Source of the DNA: Candidatus Uhrbacteria bacterium
GTDB taxonomy: Bacteria > Patescibacteriota > Patescibacteriia > UBA9934 > GWF2-40-263
Assembly (NCBI GenBank): GCA_016844925.1
Contig: JAERTI010000043.1
Location: forward strand, 133,110-197,109
Length of the DNA stretch: 64,000 nt
Direction of reading: 5' to 3'
Shown here: positions 18,421 through 28,357 of the stretch, one piece after another
Layout of the letters: each line of letters opens with the position of its first letter
Position numbering within the stretch: the stretch's first letter is position 1
The notes under the pieces: model-generated
What the model was told of the DNA's origin: nothing
Databases searched by the model: none
Seen by the model: the letters and a program-made list of their open reading frames with translations, nothing else
Made by a program: the position numbers and the translations under genes

Positions 18421-20348
18421 AAGAACTCATTGTCTCTGGCAAGCGTGTTCGTCTGGATCCATCAAGCATGGTTGGCAAGGGGGGTGAGGCGGATGTGTAC
18501 CGAGTCGGAAAGGACACGGCCCTCAAGGTCTTCAAGAGCCCAAGCCATCCAGACATCAAGGGTCTGCCCAAAGGAGCTGAGCGTGATGCTCTGGCTCGGC
18601 AGGCTCGCGAGCGGATTGCTGAACATCAGCACAAGCTCCCGGCGTTTCCCAAGGGACTTCCCTCGGGGATCATCGCGCCGACGTCGCTCGCACGCGACAA
18701 GAAGGGTCTCATCCGCGGCTACACCATGCCGCTGGTTCCCAACGCGCGTGAGCTCATGGCGGTTCATGGGGACAAGGATCTGCGCAAGCAGATCGCCCCC
18801 GCGGACGTCGTGGCGCTCTTCACTCGTCTGCATGAGCTGGTCGCGGGAGCACACAAGGCCGGCGTCGTCATTGGCGACTTCAACGACCTGAACGTGCTCG
18901 CACGCAAGGTACTTACTCCTGAGGCCAAGCCCTATCTCATCGACGCGGACTCCATGCAGTACGGCGGGTTTCCCTGCCGAATGTTCACGGCACGATTCGT
19001 GGATCCACTGCTGTGTGACCCTTCGCTCAGCTCGCCGATGCTCAGCGCTCCTCATCAGGAAACCTCGGATTGGTTCGCCTTCGCGGCGATGCTCTTTGAG
19101 AGTTTGCTCTGGGTGGGGCCCTTCGGCGGCGTGCACAAGCCCAAGGATCGATCCGCAAAGGTCGGTCACGATGGGCGTTCGCTCGCGCGCATCAGTGTGC
19201 TGCACGACGATGTGCGCTACCCCAAGCCGGCGCGGCCCTACGGCACGCTCCCCGATGACCTGCTGCAGTACTTCCTGCGCGTGTTCGAGGGAGATCATCG
19301 AGAGGTGTTCCCTCGCGCGCTCATTGACGGACTGCGTTGGACCGCGTGCACGGACTGCGGCTACACGCACGCACGGGCCATGTGCCCGATGTGCGGCGTG
19401 GCGGGTCCAGCGATCTCTCAGAAGATCACGGTGCGCGGCACGGTCACGGCACGAAGAATCTTTCCAACGCCTCGGCTGCGTGGAGATATTCTGCAGGTCA
19501 CCCTCCAGGAGGGGGATCTGCACTACCTCGTGCACGATGCGGGCAAGATCAAGCGCGAAGACGGTTCGGTGGTGCTGACACAGCCCCCCGCGCCGGACAT
19601 GCGTTTCCGCCTCAGCGGCCCCAGGACCTTTGTTGGTCAGGGGAGTCGTCTGGTGGTGGTCGATCCTGCGCGTTCGCCCGAGCTGCTCAGCGTGGACACC
19701 CTTGGTCATCGACCCATGTTCGATGCTACACGTCACCACCTCTACCGGGTGGCCGGCGGAAGGCTCGTGCGGGAAGGGGCCCTTGGGGTTAGCTACGACG
19801 AGCACATCGGCGATGTGCTTGCAGGACAGACGATGATCTTCTGCGGAGAGACCTTCGGCCTCGGGTTCTACCGGGCCGGTGCGATCTTCCAGGCGTTCAC
19901 GTTCACCTCCGCCAAGCGGTCGCTCAACGATTCGTTCAACCTGCCGCCCATTCCCGGGCAGTTGGTCGATGCGTTCGCGCTCTTCTCAAGCTCGCGCTGT
20001 TGGTTCTTCACCACCAGTCAGAGCGGCGGAAAGTTGATCAATCGGTGCACCGTCCTCAAGCAGGACGGAACGATCATTGCCACGCACGAGGCCACGGTCG
20101 GAGACGGCAGTTGGCTCTCGAGCATTCGCGGCGGCTGCGCGGCAACCCTTCCGGGTCCCACGCACTGCCTCTTTGTCCCCACGGACGACGGCATCGTCCG
20201 CATTGATGCCACTTCTGGCGGTCTCACTGAGGCACGGGTCTTCACCGACACCGAGCCGTTCGTCCATGCTGGTGCGCGACTGTTCCTGGCGCGTAAGGGC
20301 ATCGTGGTCGTAAAGGATCATGAAATTGTACTTCTGGAAATGAAGTGA
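18417..20348 (+). CDS. Ser/Thr kinase-like protein with Zn ribbon and beta-rich C-terminal domain
   Basis: GKGGEADVY, ALKVF, IGDFNDLNVL, LIDADS, SDWFAF; CTDC..CPMC; ATGA overlap with PP2C. Confidence 0.88.
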   Translation: MKELIVSGKRVRLDPSSMVGKGGEADVYRVGKDTALKVFKSPSHPDIKGLPKGAERDALARQARERIAEHQHKLPAFPKGLPSGIIAPTSLARDKKGLIRGYTMPLVPNARELMAVHGDKDLRKQIAPADVVALFTRLHELVAGAHKAGVVIGDFNDLNVLARKVLTPEAKPYLIDADSMQYGGFPCRMFTARFVDPLLCDPSLSSPMLSAPHQETSDWFAFAAMLFESLLWVGPFGGVHKPKDRSAKVGHDGRSLARISVLHDDVRYPKPARPYGTLPDDLLQYFLRVFEGDHREVFPRALIDGLRWTACTDCGYTHARAMCPMCGVAGPAISQKITVRGTVTARRIFPTPRLRGDILQVTLQEGDLHYLVHDAGKIKREDGSVVLTQPPAPDMRFRLSGPRTFVGQGSRLVVVDPARSPELLSVDTLGHRPMFDATRHHLYRVAGGRLVREGALGVSYDEHIGDVLAGQTMIFCGETFGLGFYRAGAIFQAFTFTSAKRSLNDSFNLPPIPGQLVDAFALFSSSRCWFFTTSQSGGKLINRCTVLKQDGTIIATHEATVGDGSWLSSIRGGCAATLPGPTHCLFVPTDDGIVRIDATSGGLTEARVFTDTEPFVHAGARLFLARKGIVVVKDHEIVLLEMK

Positions 20349-20353
20349 ATCGA

Positions 20354-20472
20354 GAACGCTTGAAACTGGATGAGATCTTGGTGCACGACGAGGACCGGAG
20401 CGAAACGTACAGAGATGTACGTTGAGTGAGGACCGAAGGAGTAAGCCAAGAGATCGCCAGTTTCAAGTGTTC
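20354..20472 (+). promoter_or_regulatory. Structured intergenic element upstream of nicotinamidase
   Basis: 16-bp closing stem 20354-20369/20457-20472; GAGA-tetraloop hairpin; two GAGGACCG copies. Confidence 0.5.
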
Positions 20473-20536
20473 GAGTAGGAACCGTGACGCGACGGCACGT
20501 ACCCCGTCGCACCCCACACAGACACTGGAGACTCAC

Positions 20537-21643
20537 ATGTCTACTCTCCCTCTCCCGGGTCACTTCGACCCCAAGCACGCCGAGATCTTCGGCTACCGAC
20601 CGGACCTGGCGCAGGTCGCCATGGACGCCTTCGACTTCAAGAAGCTCCACAGCATCAAGGCTGCCGGGGCCGATGCGGTCAAGATGGCCGTGGTGCCCAT
20701 CGATGCGCAGGAGGACTTCTCCCATCCGGAGGGCACGCTCTTCGTGGCGGGTCGGTCCGGCCGTGGCGCCATCGACGACGCCGTGCGGCTGACCGAGTTC
20801 CTCTACCGGCACATCCACCTGATCACCGGCATCTACCCGACCTTCGACACGCACTTCGCTCTGCAGGTCTTCTCCGCCCCGTTCTGGGTGGGACCCGCGG
20901 GTGAGCCGCTCTCGCCGCACACGCTCATCGTGGCGGACGCCGGCGGCGTGCTGAACAACATCGGCCTGGATGGCACGGTGCTGATCCGCAACGTGAAGCC
21001 GCGGCCCGAGATGGCCTGGTGGCTCTGCGGTGCCAACTACGGTTGGCTGGTGGGGCAGATGCTGCACTACGTCGAGGAGCTGGCGCGCGGTGGCAAGTAC
21101 ACCCTGTACCTGTGGCCGCCGCATACTCTGCTGGGCACGCCCGGCCACGCCATGACCGGCGTGCTCACCGAGGCGCGGATGTTCCACAGCTACGTGCGTG
21201 GCGTCCAGAGTCACGGCGAGATCAAGGGTGGGCACCCGCTGAGCGAGTGCTACAGCGTCTTCGGCGAGGAGGTCCGGACCCGGTTCGACGGGCAGGCCCT
21301 CGCGTCCAAGAACACCCGGTTCATCGACGTGCTGCTCTCCCACGACGTGGTCGTGTTCGCCGGTCAGGCGGCCAGCCACTGCGTGAAGAGCTCCATCGAC
21401 GACTTCCTGACCGAGCTGGCCCTGCGCGATCCCGCGCTCGCCAGCAAGATCTACATCCTCGAGGACTGCATGAGCTCGGTCACGGTGCCCGACGGCGCCG
21501 GTGGCTTCGCCGCGGACTTCACGGATGACGCGCTGGCCGCCCTGGACAAGTTCCGGGACGCGGGCATGCACGTGGTCAAGTCGACCGATCCGCTCGAGAC
21601 GTGGCCGGATCTGCCCTCGGCGCTGGCTCGTCTGGCGGCGTAG
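20537..21643 (+). CDS. Nicotinamidase/isochorismatase-family cysteine hydrolase (PncA-like)
   Basis: IDAQEDF (Asp), FDTH and WPPH (metal ligands), IKG..ECYS (Lys), AGQAASHCV (Cys), LEDCMS. Confidence 0.88.
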   Translation: MSTLPLPGHFDPKHAEIFGYRPDLAQVAMDAFDFKKLHSIKAAGADAVKMAVVPIDAQEDFSHPEGTLFVAGRSGRGAIDDAVRLTEFLYRHIHLITGIYPTFDTHFALQVFSAPFWVGPAGEPLSPHTLIVADAGGVLNNIGLDGTVLIRNVKPRPEMAWWLCGANYGWLVGQMLHYVEELARGGKYTLYLWPPHTLLGTPGHAMTGVLTEARMFHSYVRGVQSHGEIKGGHPLSECYSVFGEEVRTRFDGQALASKNTRFIDVLLSHDVVVFAGQAASHCVKSSIDDFLTELALRDPALASKIYILEDCMSSVTVPDGAGGFAADFTDDALAALDKFRDAGMHVVKSTDPLETWPDLPSALARLAA

Positions 21644-21735
21644 ATTCCCTTCAACAATCAACAGAATGCCGCTCTCAGGGTTTACGAGATTCCTTCGGGA
21701 TGATCGTGGCCCTGGGACCGGCCAGGAGATGAACG

Positions 21736-22530
21736 ATGAGTTCCAAGAGTGCAACCTCCCTTCTCCAGGGCGCAGCGGCCGATGGGCTGCTGGGTGCTGG
21801 TTCCATGATGGCGTTCCAGGTCCCCAACCTGGGCGCGCAGATCCAGGCGGGTCTGGGTATCAGCGTCGACGACGTGGAGGCCTCCGAGGTCTTCCTGCTC
21901 GCGCAGTTGGTGGACGATTCCGGTTCCATCCGGTTCGGCGCGAACGCCCAGGGCATCCGTGACGGCGTGAACCTGGTCTACGAGTCCCTCGAGGATTCCA
22001 AGACCTCCGGTGACGTGCTGACGTCCTGTCGGTACCTCAACGGCACCGTGCTGGACGCCTACACCCCGCTGGCGAGCGCCACGCGCCTGGACACCAAGAA
22101 CTACGATCCCTACGGCGGCACCCCGCTCTACGACGAGTCGGTGGTCACCCTCGGGACTGTGGTCGCCAAGGCCCAGGAGTTCGAGGACGCCGGTGTGCCC
22201 GTTCGCACGGTCACGGTGATCCTCACCGACGGCGCCGACGCGGGCTCGCGCTCGCAGACGCCCGACTCGGTCAAGGCGATCGTGGAGGACATGATCCGCG
22301 CGGAGAACCACCTGGTCTTCTTCGTGGGCGTGGACGACGGTTACACGGACTTCCGTGCGGTCGCTGCCTCCATGGGCATCCCGCCCGAGTTCGTCCTGAC
22401 CCCCGGCAACAGCCCGAGCGAGATCCGCGCTGCCATGCGCGTTGTCTCCCGCTCGGTCGTCCGGGCCAGCCAGGGCGGCACCGGCTTCTCGCAGACCGCC
22501 ACGAGCGGGCTGGGAGGCTTCGGCGGCTGA
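21736..22530 (+). CDS. von Willebrand factor A domain protein (TerY-like)
   Basis: MIDAS motif DDSGS, GGTPLYD, ILTDG. Confidence 0.88.
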   Translation: MSSKSATSLLQGAAADGLLGAGSMMAFQVPNLGAQIQAGLGISVDDVEASEVFLLAQLVDDSGSIRFGANAQGIRDGVNLVYESLEDSKTSGDVLTSCRYLNGTVLDAYTPLASATRLDTKNYDPYGGTPLYDESVVTLGTVVAKAQEFEDAGVPVRTVTVILTDGADAGSRSQTPDSVKAIVEDMIRAENHLVFFVGVDDGYTDFRAVAASMGIPPEFVLTPGNSPSEIRAAMRVVSRSVVRASQGGTGFSQTATSGLGGFGG

Positions 22531-22703
22531 TCGCCAGCGGCAACACAGACACAGAGACGAGTACGTCGTTTCTGTCACGAAAACGTGCAGGGTTCTACCG
22601 GAACCCTGCTTTTCCCGTTGGTATGTTCTTGACAGCGAATCCATTGCTCACGTACGTTTTCCTTGCTCCTGCAACATGATCGTCCAGATCAACGAGGTGA
22701 ACA

Positions 22704-23129
22704 ATGTTGCTGTGCCAGCTCCTTGCGCTCGTTCTGGCGCAAGATGAACCTTCTTCCTCGCAAGCAAGCCAGACACGATCGTCCGTGTCTGAGGAGGTTT
22801 CAGCCAACGCGGCGCCCCGTCCTCCGGTCGAGCGCAGCTGTCAGATTGAAGGGGACAATTTCGGCTTGTGCGAGTACTTGTCGAATCCACTGTCTTTTAA
22901 CCCCGTCTGTGGGTATGAGATTCGCGGTCGCATCGAGTCAGGTGACTCGTTGATGATTACGGACCTTCATTTCCTTGTGCAGGGTTGGGACTGTCGGGCA
23001 CGGCTCGACCACGAGGGTGTACGACGCTGGGATCTTTTGACGAAAGATCCTCGAGACCAGAGCTCCGCAGAGTGGCTCGCGCGGTGGTGCGTTTCACTGT
23101 GCGGTCAGACTCCCTCAGCTCACGAGTGA
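22704..23129 (+). CDS. Hypothetical secreted protein
   Basis: GAGGTG SD, signal-peptide-like N-terminus, TTGACA-18-TACGTT upstream, terminator downstream. Confidence 0.55.
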   Translation: MLLCQLLALVLAQDEPSSSQASQTRSSVSEEVSANAAPRPPVERSCQIEGDNFGLCEYLSNPLSFNPVCGYEIRGRIESGDSLMITDLHFLVQGWDCRARLDHEGVRRWDLLTKDPRDQSSAEWLARWCVSLCGQTPSAHE

Positions 23130-23203
23130 CACGCTTCACGCCACGTAGCTCAACGCTGCGTGTTTTTTGTTAAACAGAAAACAGGGCCGAAGCCCTGTTT
23201 TGA

Positions 23204-24253
23204 TTACGCGGTTATTTTCCCTGTTGTCAGTATTCCACTTTTGTACAGTTCGATCAGTGCCAGAAGGGCTGCCAGGATCGTTGGTCCAGCAATACCCCCA
23301 ACAGGCCCGAATGCGGTGAGACCTCCAAGTACAGCCAGGAGCACGAGGAACGAGTGCATGTGCGTCGTGCCTGAGATGAGATATGGACCGATGAAGTTAT
23401 CTGCTAGTGAGACAAAGATCAGTGACCAGATAAGGAGTCCTAACGCACCGGCCGTTGATCCTGTGAAGAACAAGTAGAGAATCGCTGGGATAAGTACGAG
23501 ACCGGTCCCCACAAGTGGGACGAGGGCAGCCACAATCGTGAGGGCTCCCCAGATTAAACTTCCCGGGACACCGAAGATCGTCATGCCGATGCCCGCGAGT
23601 GTCCCTTGGATGATGGCCAGGATCAGTACGCCGAACACCACAGAGCGGACCGTGCCAATGACGCGTTTGAGAATCTTCGCATCGATGGAGTCGCGCAGGG
23701 GAGAGAGAGCGAGAACTTCTGCGTAGAGTTTATCGCGCTCAGCAATCAGGTAGAACAGTGAGATAAAGAACAGGACGGTGTTGAGAAAGAGTTTTGTCGA
23801 AGAAGAAAAGACTTGTCCAACATTTTCAAAGGCCCAGGCGGCAATCGCTTTTCCAAGTGAGCCCAAGTCGATTGACTTGATTTCTTCTTGGAGAGAAGAG
23901 GGGAGCGCCTGGAGAACAGGAGACGCGGTCGCCTCGATCTGTTCGAACCAGTTGTTCTCAATCGATGCCCTGACCAGGTCAGATGCCTGTCCAGCGGTCA
24001 GGACGAGGACCATGAGCAATGGAAGAAAAATCAGGACGAATACCCCTAAAGAAAGGAGGGCCGCTGAGGCTTTGTTGTGTTTTAAGTGCTTCACCAACAG
24101 TCGATCCAGTGGCGAAAGGATAATCGCCGCGACGGCTGCTGTGAGGATAACAAAAGAAAACGGTTGGATGACTTGCCAGAACAACCAGATCACCACGCCG
24201 GTGACTAGCAAGAAAAACCACTTTTCAATCGTCATGTGTTGTGAGTGTGCCAT
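23204..24253 (-). CDS. AI-2E family transporter
   Basis: Multi-TM; AIIQG, VPLVG, DNFIGP, GG..FGPVG..GP. Confidence 0.92.
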   Translation of the reverse strand: MAHSQHMTIEKWFFLLVTGVVIWLFWQVIQPFSFVILTAAVAAIILSPLDRLLVKHLKHNKASAALLSLGVFVLIFLPLLMVLVLTAGQASDLVRASIENNWFEQIEATASPVLQALPSSLQEEIKSIDLGSLGKAIAAWAFENVGQVFSSSTKLFLNTVLFFISLFYLIAERDKLYAEVLALSPLRDSIDAKILKRVIGTVRSVVFGVLILAIIQGTLAGIGMTIFGVPGSLIWGALTIVAALVPLVGTGLVLIPAILYLFFTGSTAGALGLLIWSLIFVSLADNFIGPYLISGTTHMHSFLVLLAVLGGLTAFGPVGGIAGPTILAALLALIELYKSGILTTGKITA

Positions 24254-24302
24254 ACACAGGCATTGTAGATGGTCCCAGGCAGATACGCTAGACTAGAGGC
24301 AT

Positions 24303-24527
24303 ATGAAATACATCATCATCGCAGTGGTGGCACTGCTCGTACTTGGTGGGGTGTGGGCACTATTCTTCCGTGGGGGAGAGGAGGTGGTTCTGACAACCGA
24401 CCAGTATCAGGAGGTTATTGAGGAAACATTTACGGATCCAGTCGACGCCGCGCTGGAAAATCCCGTGGAGGACATTGGGTATGAGAATCCCGTTTCCGCT
24501 GAGGCGCTTAATCCATTTAATCAATAG
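24303..24527 (+). CDS. Small membrane-anchored protein
   Basis: N-terminal TM, NPV/NPF motifs; first gene of an operon-like run. Confidence 0.65.
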   Translation: MKYIIIAVVALLVLGGVWALFFRGGEEVVLTTDQYQEVIEETFTDPVDAALENPVEDIGYENPVSAEALNPFNQ

Positions 24528-24530
24528 AGT

Positions 24531-26180
24531 ATGAAGAAGTTACTTTTCGCCCTCATGCTCTTTGTCCCGGCTGTGGTCTTAGCGCAGGTGGGCAGTGCGC
24601 AGACAACGGCGCAGATCCAGTACCCCGTTGAGTGGCTTGGAAACTGTGACAGTGAGCAGCTCTGTCAGGATTACTGCGCGGACGTGACGTTTGTTGATCT
24701 TTGTTACGAAGCAGAGCAGACGTTCGGTGTGAGCTTTTTGACGCAGTCGGCAAGAGAGGCATTTGAGCAGTCACTGGGGATTACGACCACGACTCAGAGC
24801 CCCTACCCGATTCCTATGCTCGACGGCTGTCCTACGCAGCAGGATTGTCAGAACTATTGTTCCAATCCTTCTGAACACATCCTGTGTTACGAGGTTGAGC
24901 TTCAGTATGGGATTGAGTTATTGACCCAGGAGGCTCGAGACATTGTTATTCAAACGGTTACGGGCGGAGCGACGACAACTTCTGCGCAGATCCAGTACCC
25001 CGTTGAGTGGCTTGGAAACTGTGACAGTGAGCAGCTCTGTCAGGATTACTGTGCGGACGTGACGTTCGTTGATCTTTGTTACGAAGCAGAGCAGACGTTC
25101 GGTGTGAGCTTTCTGACGCAGTCGGCAAGAGAGGCGTTTGAGCAGAGTTTGTTAGGCTCGACGGAATCAGAAGAACAAGAACAGGAGCAGGAAGCACAAG
25201 CGACGACAGGCATGAGTCAGATTGACTATCCTATTGAGGAGCTTGGGTTCTGTGACTCTGCGCAGGATTGTCAGAACTATTGTGATGACGCTGCCAACTA
25301 TGAAGATTGTCTCGCCTTTGGGGTTGCAAACGGCATGTATCCCCCTGGACCACAGCAGATGGCAGAAGCTGTGCTTGGAGGTGAGGGACCAGAGGGCTGT
25401 GAAGGATCGACCTGTGCGCAGGTCTGTGACAGTACGACCAATGGTCAGGCTTGTGCCGAGTTTGCCCACGAGAGCGGAGCGATGGATGAGGAAGAGCTCG
25501 AGGCAACTGAGGCTGTACTAGAGCAAGGAGGGCCAGGAGGTTGTGTGACAGAGACTCAGTGCAATACGTACTGTGCAGCGCCAGAGAACGCGCAAGAGTG
25601 TCTCGATTTTGCCGTAGAGCATGGGCTCGTGAGCGAGCAGGAGCGTGAGCGCGTTGAAGCTCTTCAGCAAGGAGGCCCTGGTGGATGTGTAGGAGAGAAA
25701 GAGTGTCACGCGTATTGTTCTCAGGATCAGAACATCAAAGAATGCATGTTGTTCGCTCAGGAGCACGGTCTTATGAGCGAGGAAGATCAGCAGCACGTCC
25801 AAGATCTTCACTTGGAAACACTCAATGGCCCCGGTGGGTGTCAGAGCGATATCGAGTGCTATAACTACTGTTCAGAGCCACAGCATGAACAGGAGTGCCT
25901 GCAATTTGCCTTGGATAATGAGATCGAGGTTGTGACACAGATGTTAACAACAGAGAGCGTTCAGTCTGATGATGCCGACACCCAGACCACAGACGTGAGT
26001 GATGTGATTACCGTGGTTGATCCGGAAACAGGAAAGTCCATGCAGGTTCGTTTGGAGGATTTGCTCGATGAAGATATGGAGCTCTCTGACCATCCTGCAG
26101 GGTGTAGTACTCGAGAGGAGTGTCGGGAGTACTGCGAGTTACCAGAGAACAGAGACGATTGTTTACCTTTTTCAGGTTAG
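24531..26180 (+). CDS. Secreted Cys-rich repeat protein (GPGGC..C..YC..C repeats)
   Basis: Signal peptide; about 9 four-Cys repeats. Confidence 0.85.
   Translation: MKKLLFALMLFVPAVVLAQVGSAQTTAQIQYPVEWLGNCDSEQLCQDYCADVTFVDLCYEAEQTFGVSFLTQSAREAFEQSLGITTTTQSPYPIPMLDGCPTQQDCQNYCSNPSEHILCYEVELQYGIELLTQEARDIVIQTVTGGATTTSAQIQYPVEWLGNCDSEQLCQDYCADVTFVDLCYEAEQTFGVSFLTQSAREAFEQSLLGSTESEEQEQEQEAQATTGMSQIDYPIEELGFCDSAQDCQNYCDDAANYEDCLAFGVANGMYPPGPQQMAEAVLGGEGPEGCEGSTCAQVCDSTTNGQACAEFAHESGAMDEEELEATEAVLEQGGPGGCVTETQCNTYCAAPENAQECLDFAVEHGLVSEQERERVEALQQGGPGGCVGEKECHAYCSQDQNIKECMLFAQEHGLMSEEDQQHVQDLHLETLNGPGGCQSDIECYNYCSEPQHEQECLQFALDNEIEVVTQMLTTESVQSDDADTQTTDVSDVITVVDPETGKSMQVRLEDLLDEDMELSDHPAGCSTREECREYCELPENRDDCLPFSG
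24609..25145 (+). repeat. 162-bp intragenic direct repeat (24609-24770 and 24984-25145)
   Basis: Four differences, all synonymous. Confidence 0.9.
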
Positions 26181-26183
26181 GGT

Positions 26184-26936
26184 ATGAGATATCTATTTAC
26201 GATGATGGTCGTCTTGATACTGATTGGAGCAGGTTGTGCAGGGGGAGGCGAATCGGTGATGGATAGCGCGACTGACGGTGTTCTGCCAAATACGTTTTAC
26301 GGGTACATGCATTGGACACACGAAGACCCGGGTCAGAATAATCTTCAGTGGACGGTGGGGCATGAGTCTGATGTCGTGCTCGAGTTTACGGGTTCTGGGA
26401 ATGGACGTTGGGATATCAGTGGTAGTGTTGTGGGAAACCCAGCGACCTACATCTGCTCCACCTCATCTCCTGAGGTTGGATGTGATCTAACCGACATCTC
26501 AGGAGGTCTGATAGAAGGAGAGGCGTTTGAGACGGGTGGTGCTCTTGCCGTGGAGCTCGGTTGGAAAAATGGCACCTACCCGATTGAGACCGGAACGTTG
26601 ATTATTCCAGCGCCACTTACAGAGATTGTTTCTGAGACTGAGCTTGCTGTCTTGAATACAGATCTCGTTAGTGAGTTCGTTGGGACACAATGGAGCTTGC
26701 CTCTTATGGGAGCGGTCTTTCTCGATGACGCCGCGATACTTGCTTCCGACCTCGAATCTGGCACCTACGCAGACGTCGAGCTCACCTACGGACTCCCGCC
26801 GACAGACCCGATCGTACGCGACTGGCAGGCGGAGGTAGCGGCAAAAACGTTTGCGGCACAGACGCCGCTGTATGGTGAAGGCTACGGGACGTTCTATCTC
26901 TTCGGTGGGCATCCAGATCTGACAGTTCTTCGGTAA
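26184..26936 (+). CDS. Putative lipoprotein
   Basis: Signal ending LIGAGC (lipobox-like). Confidence 0.75.
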   Translation: MRYLFTMMVVLILIGAGCAGGGESVMDSATDGVLPNTFYGYMHWTHEDPGQNNLQWTVGHESDVVLEFTGSGNGRWDISGSVVGNPATYICSTSSPEVGCDLTDISGGLIEGEAFETGGALAVELGWKNGTYPIETGTLIIPAPLTEIVSETELAVLNTDLVSEFVGTQWSLPLMGAVFLDDAAILASDLESGTYADVELTYGLPPTDPIVRDWQAEVAAKTFAAQTPLYGEGYGTFYLFGGHPDLTVLR

Positions 26937-26974
26937 ATGGAGTGATTTTATCTGTAACAACAGAGGTGGAACAT

Positions 26975-28261
26975 ATGGTTAAGAAAAGACGAGGGCCCGA
27001 TCGGTCCGAGAGGATGAGGGCTCGGGTTGAGGTGTTCAAACCAGAAAGCACGCGGTTTGATCTTGAGGGTCAGCGTGTTGATCTCAAAACATTTCGTGTG
27101 ACCAATCTTGAGAATCCAACGCCTACGACACCGGGTTTGATGGAGACGGGAAAGGCCTCAGAGGTCATGGAGCAGCATCGGGATCGAAAAGATTTTGTGC
27201 ACCAGTTATTCGGAAAAGATCTCGTAAAGATTCCGTACACGCTGTTGCATGCTGATCAGAAGGGGTTGTTTGGTGATTTTTCTTCTCCAGAAGGGCAGGA
27301 TCTGTTTGCTGACGCAGATATGGTGATCGAGGATGGTGAGAATAGCTTGCCAGAATGGGCAACGGCCTTACATCGATTTGCCGAACTGAAACTTGGAAGA
27401 CGTTTCACCCTTGATGAGGAACTCACGGCCCTACGTGGTTTAGAACGCCGAGGAAAGTCCATGCGGTTTACGGTTGGAATGAGTCGTTATTCGCAAGCGT
27501 TTTTCAGCATGGGCTCAGAGGGGGTCCGGCTTGAGCTTACAGATGAAGATCGTCAGCGTCTCAAGGAGTCAGGATTTGATTCCAGTCATCTTGATGAGCT
27601 CGAAGGTCTTACAGACCTCCTGCAGGGAACCCATGGCGCCCGGACGATCCGAGAAGTGATCCAGAAGGAAACCGGTGGCCTTCCGGATTTTAATCAGCGT
27701 GTGCATCACTACTTATTAGGTGTTGCTGGGACGGTCCTGACACGTGATGGCGATGTGGTATTCGTGAATCGGGGTGCAGGTGTGTCTGTGAACCGTGGGA
27801 TTAACGTGACGGCCTCAGGGGGAGTGAAGTTTAAGAAAGACTATTTAGCGCGGCATGGACTACAGCGTCACCTGGGCAGGCAGATGCATGAAGAGGCACG
27901 AGAGGAAATTGGGTTGAAGTCTGGTGACTTGTTGCTTGGAGCCATGCAGGAACGTATTGCTCTTGAACTTGGCGTAGGGGAGTCGGAATACGATTTGGTG
28001 CCGGTGGGGATGGCGAGAGAACTCCCTCGTGGTGGGAGCCCAGAGGTGATGTTCATGATTCAGTTCCGTGGTGATACGCAGGATTTGGTGAATCGAATCG
28101 CTGGGAACACCCATGAGGATCGTTCTGAGATTGATAGTTTGGTGTATGCGTATCCCATGGAAGAAGTACGGAAGCTGTTGAAACAATCTGATGCCGAGCG
28201 GGTTGTGCAACACAAAGGGCTGCTTAACCTTATGATGATGGATCGGTACTTGTCTCAGTAG
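26975..28261 (+). CDS. Hypothetical protein with divergent C-terminal Nudix-like domain
   Basis: ASGG..EEAREEIGL and GMARELPRGGSPE; start re-placed at 26975. Confidence 0.6.
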   Translation: MVKKRRGPDRSERMRARVEVFKPESTRFDLEGQRVDLKTFRVTNLENPTPTTPGLMETGKASEVMEQHRDRKDFVHQLFGKDLVKIPYTLLHADQKGLFGDFSSPEGQDLFADADMVIEDGENSLPEWATALHRFAELKLGRRFTLDEELTALRGLERRGKSMRFTVGMSRYSQAFFSMGSEGVRLELTDEDRQRLKESGFDSSHLDELEGLTDLLQGTHGARTIREVIQKETGGLPDFNQRVHHYLLGVAGTVLTRDGDVVFVNRGAGVSVNRGINVTASGGVKFKKDYLARHGLQRHLGRQMHEEAREEIGLKSGDLLLGAMQERIALELGVGESEYDLVPVGMARELPRGGSPEVMFMIQFRGDTQDLVNRIAGNTHEDRSEIDSLVYAYPMEEVRKLLKQSDAERVVQHKGLLNLMMMDRYLSQ

Positions 28262-28357
28262 GTGAAGCGAAACAAGGTACGTATCTTAAAAAGATCCGTT
28301 TGGATCTTTTTTGGTTGGAAAAGAAAAAACGCTGCGTGCCAGCGTCGAGGGTTCGTT

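Noticed and set aside
24609-25145. Diversity-generating retroelement template/variable repeat pair
   Set aside because: Differences are synonymous, mostly C/T, and not adenine-specific; no reverse transcriptase in the window.
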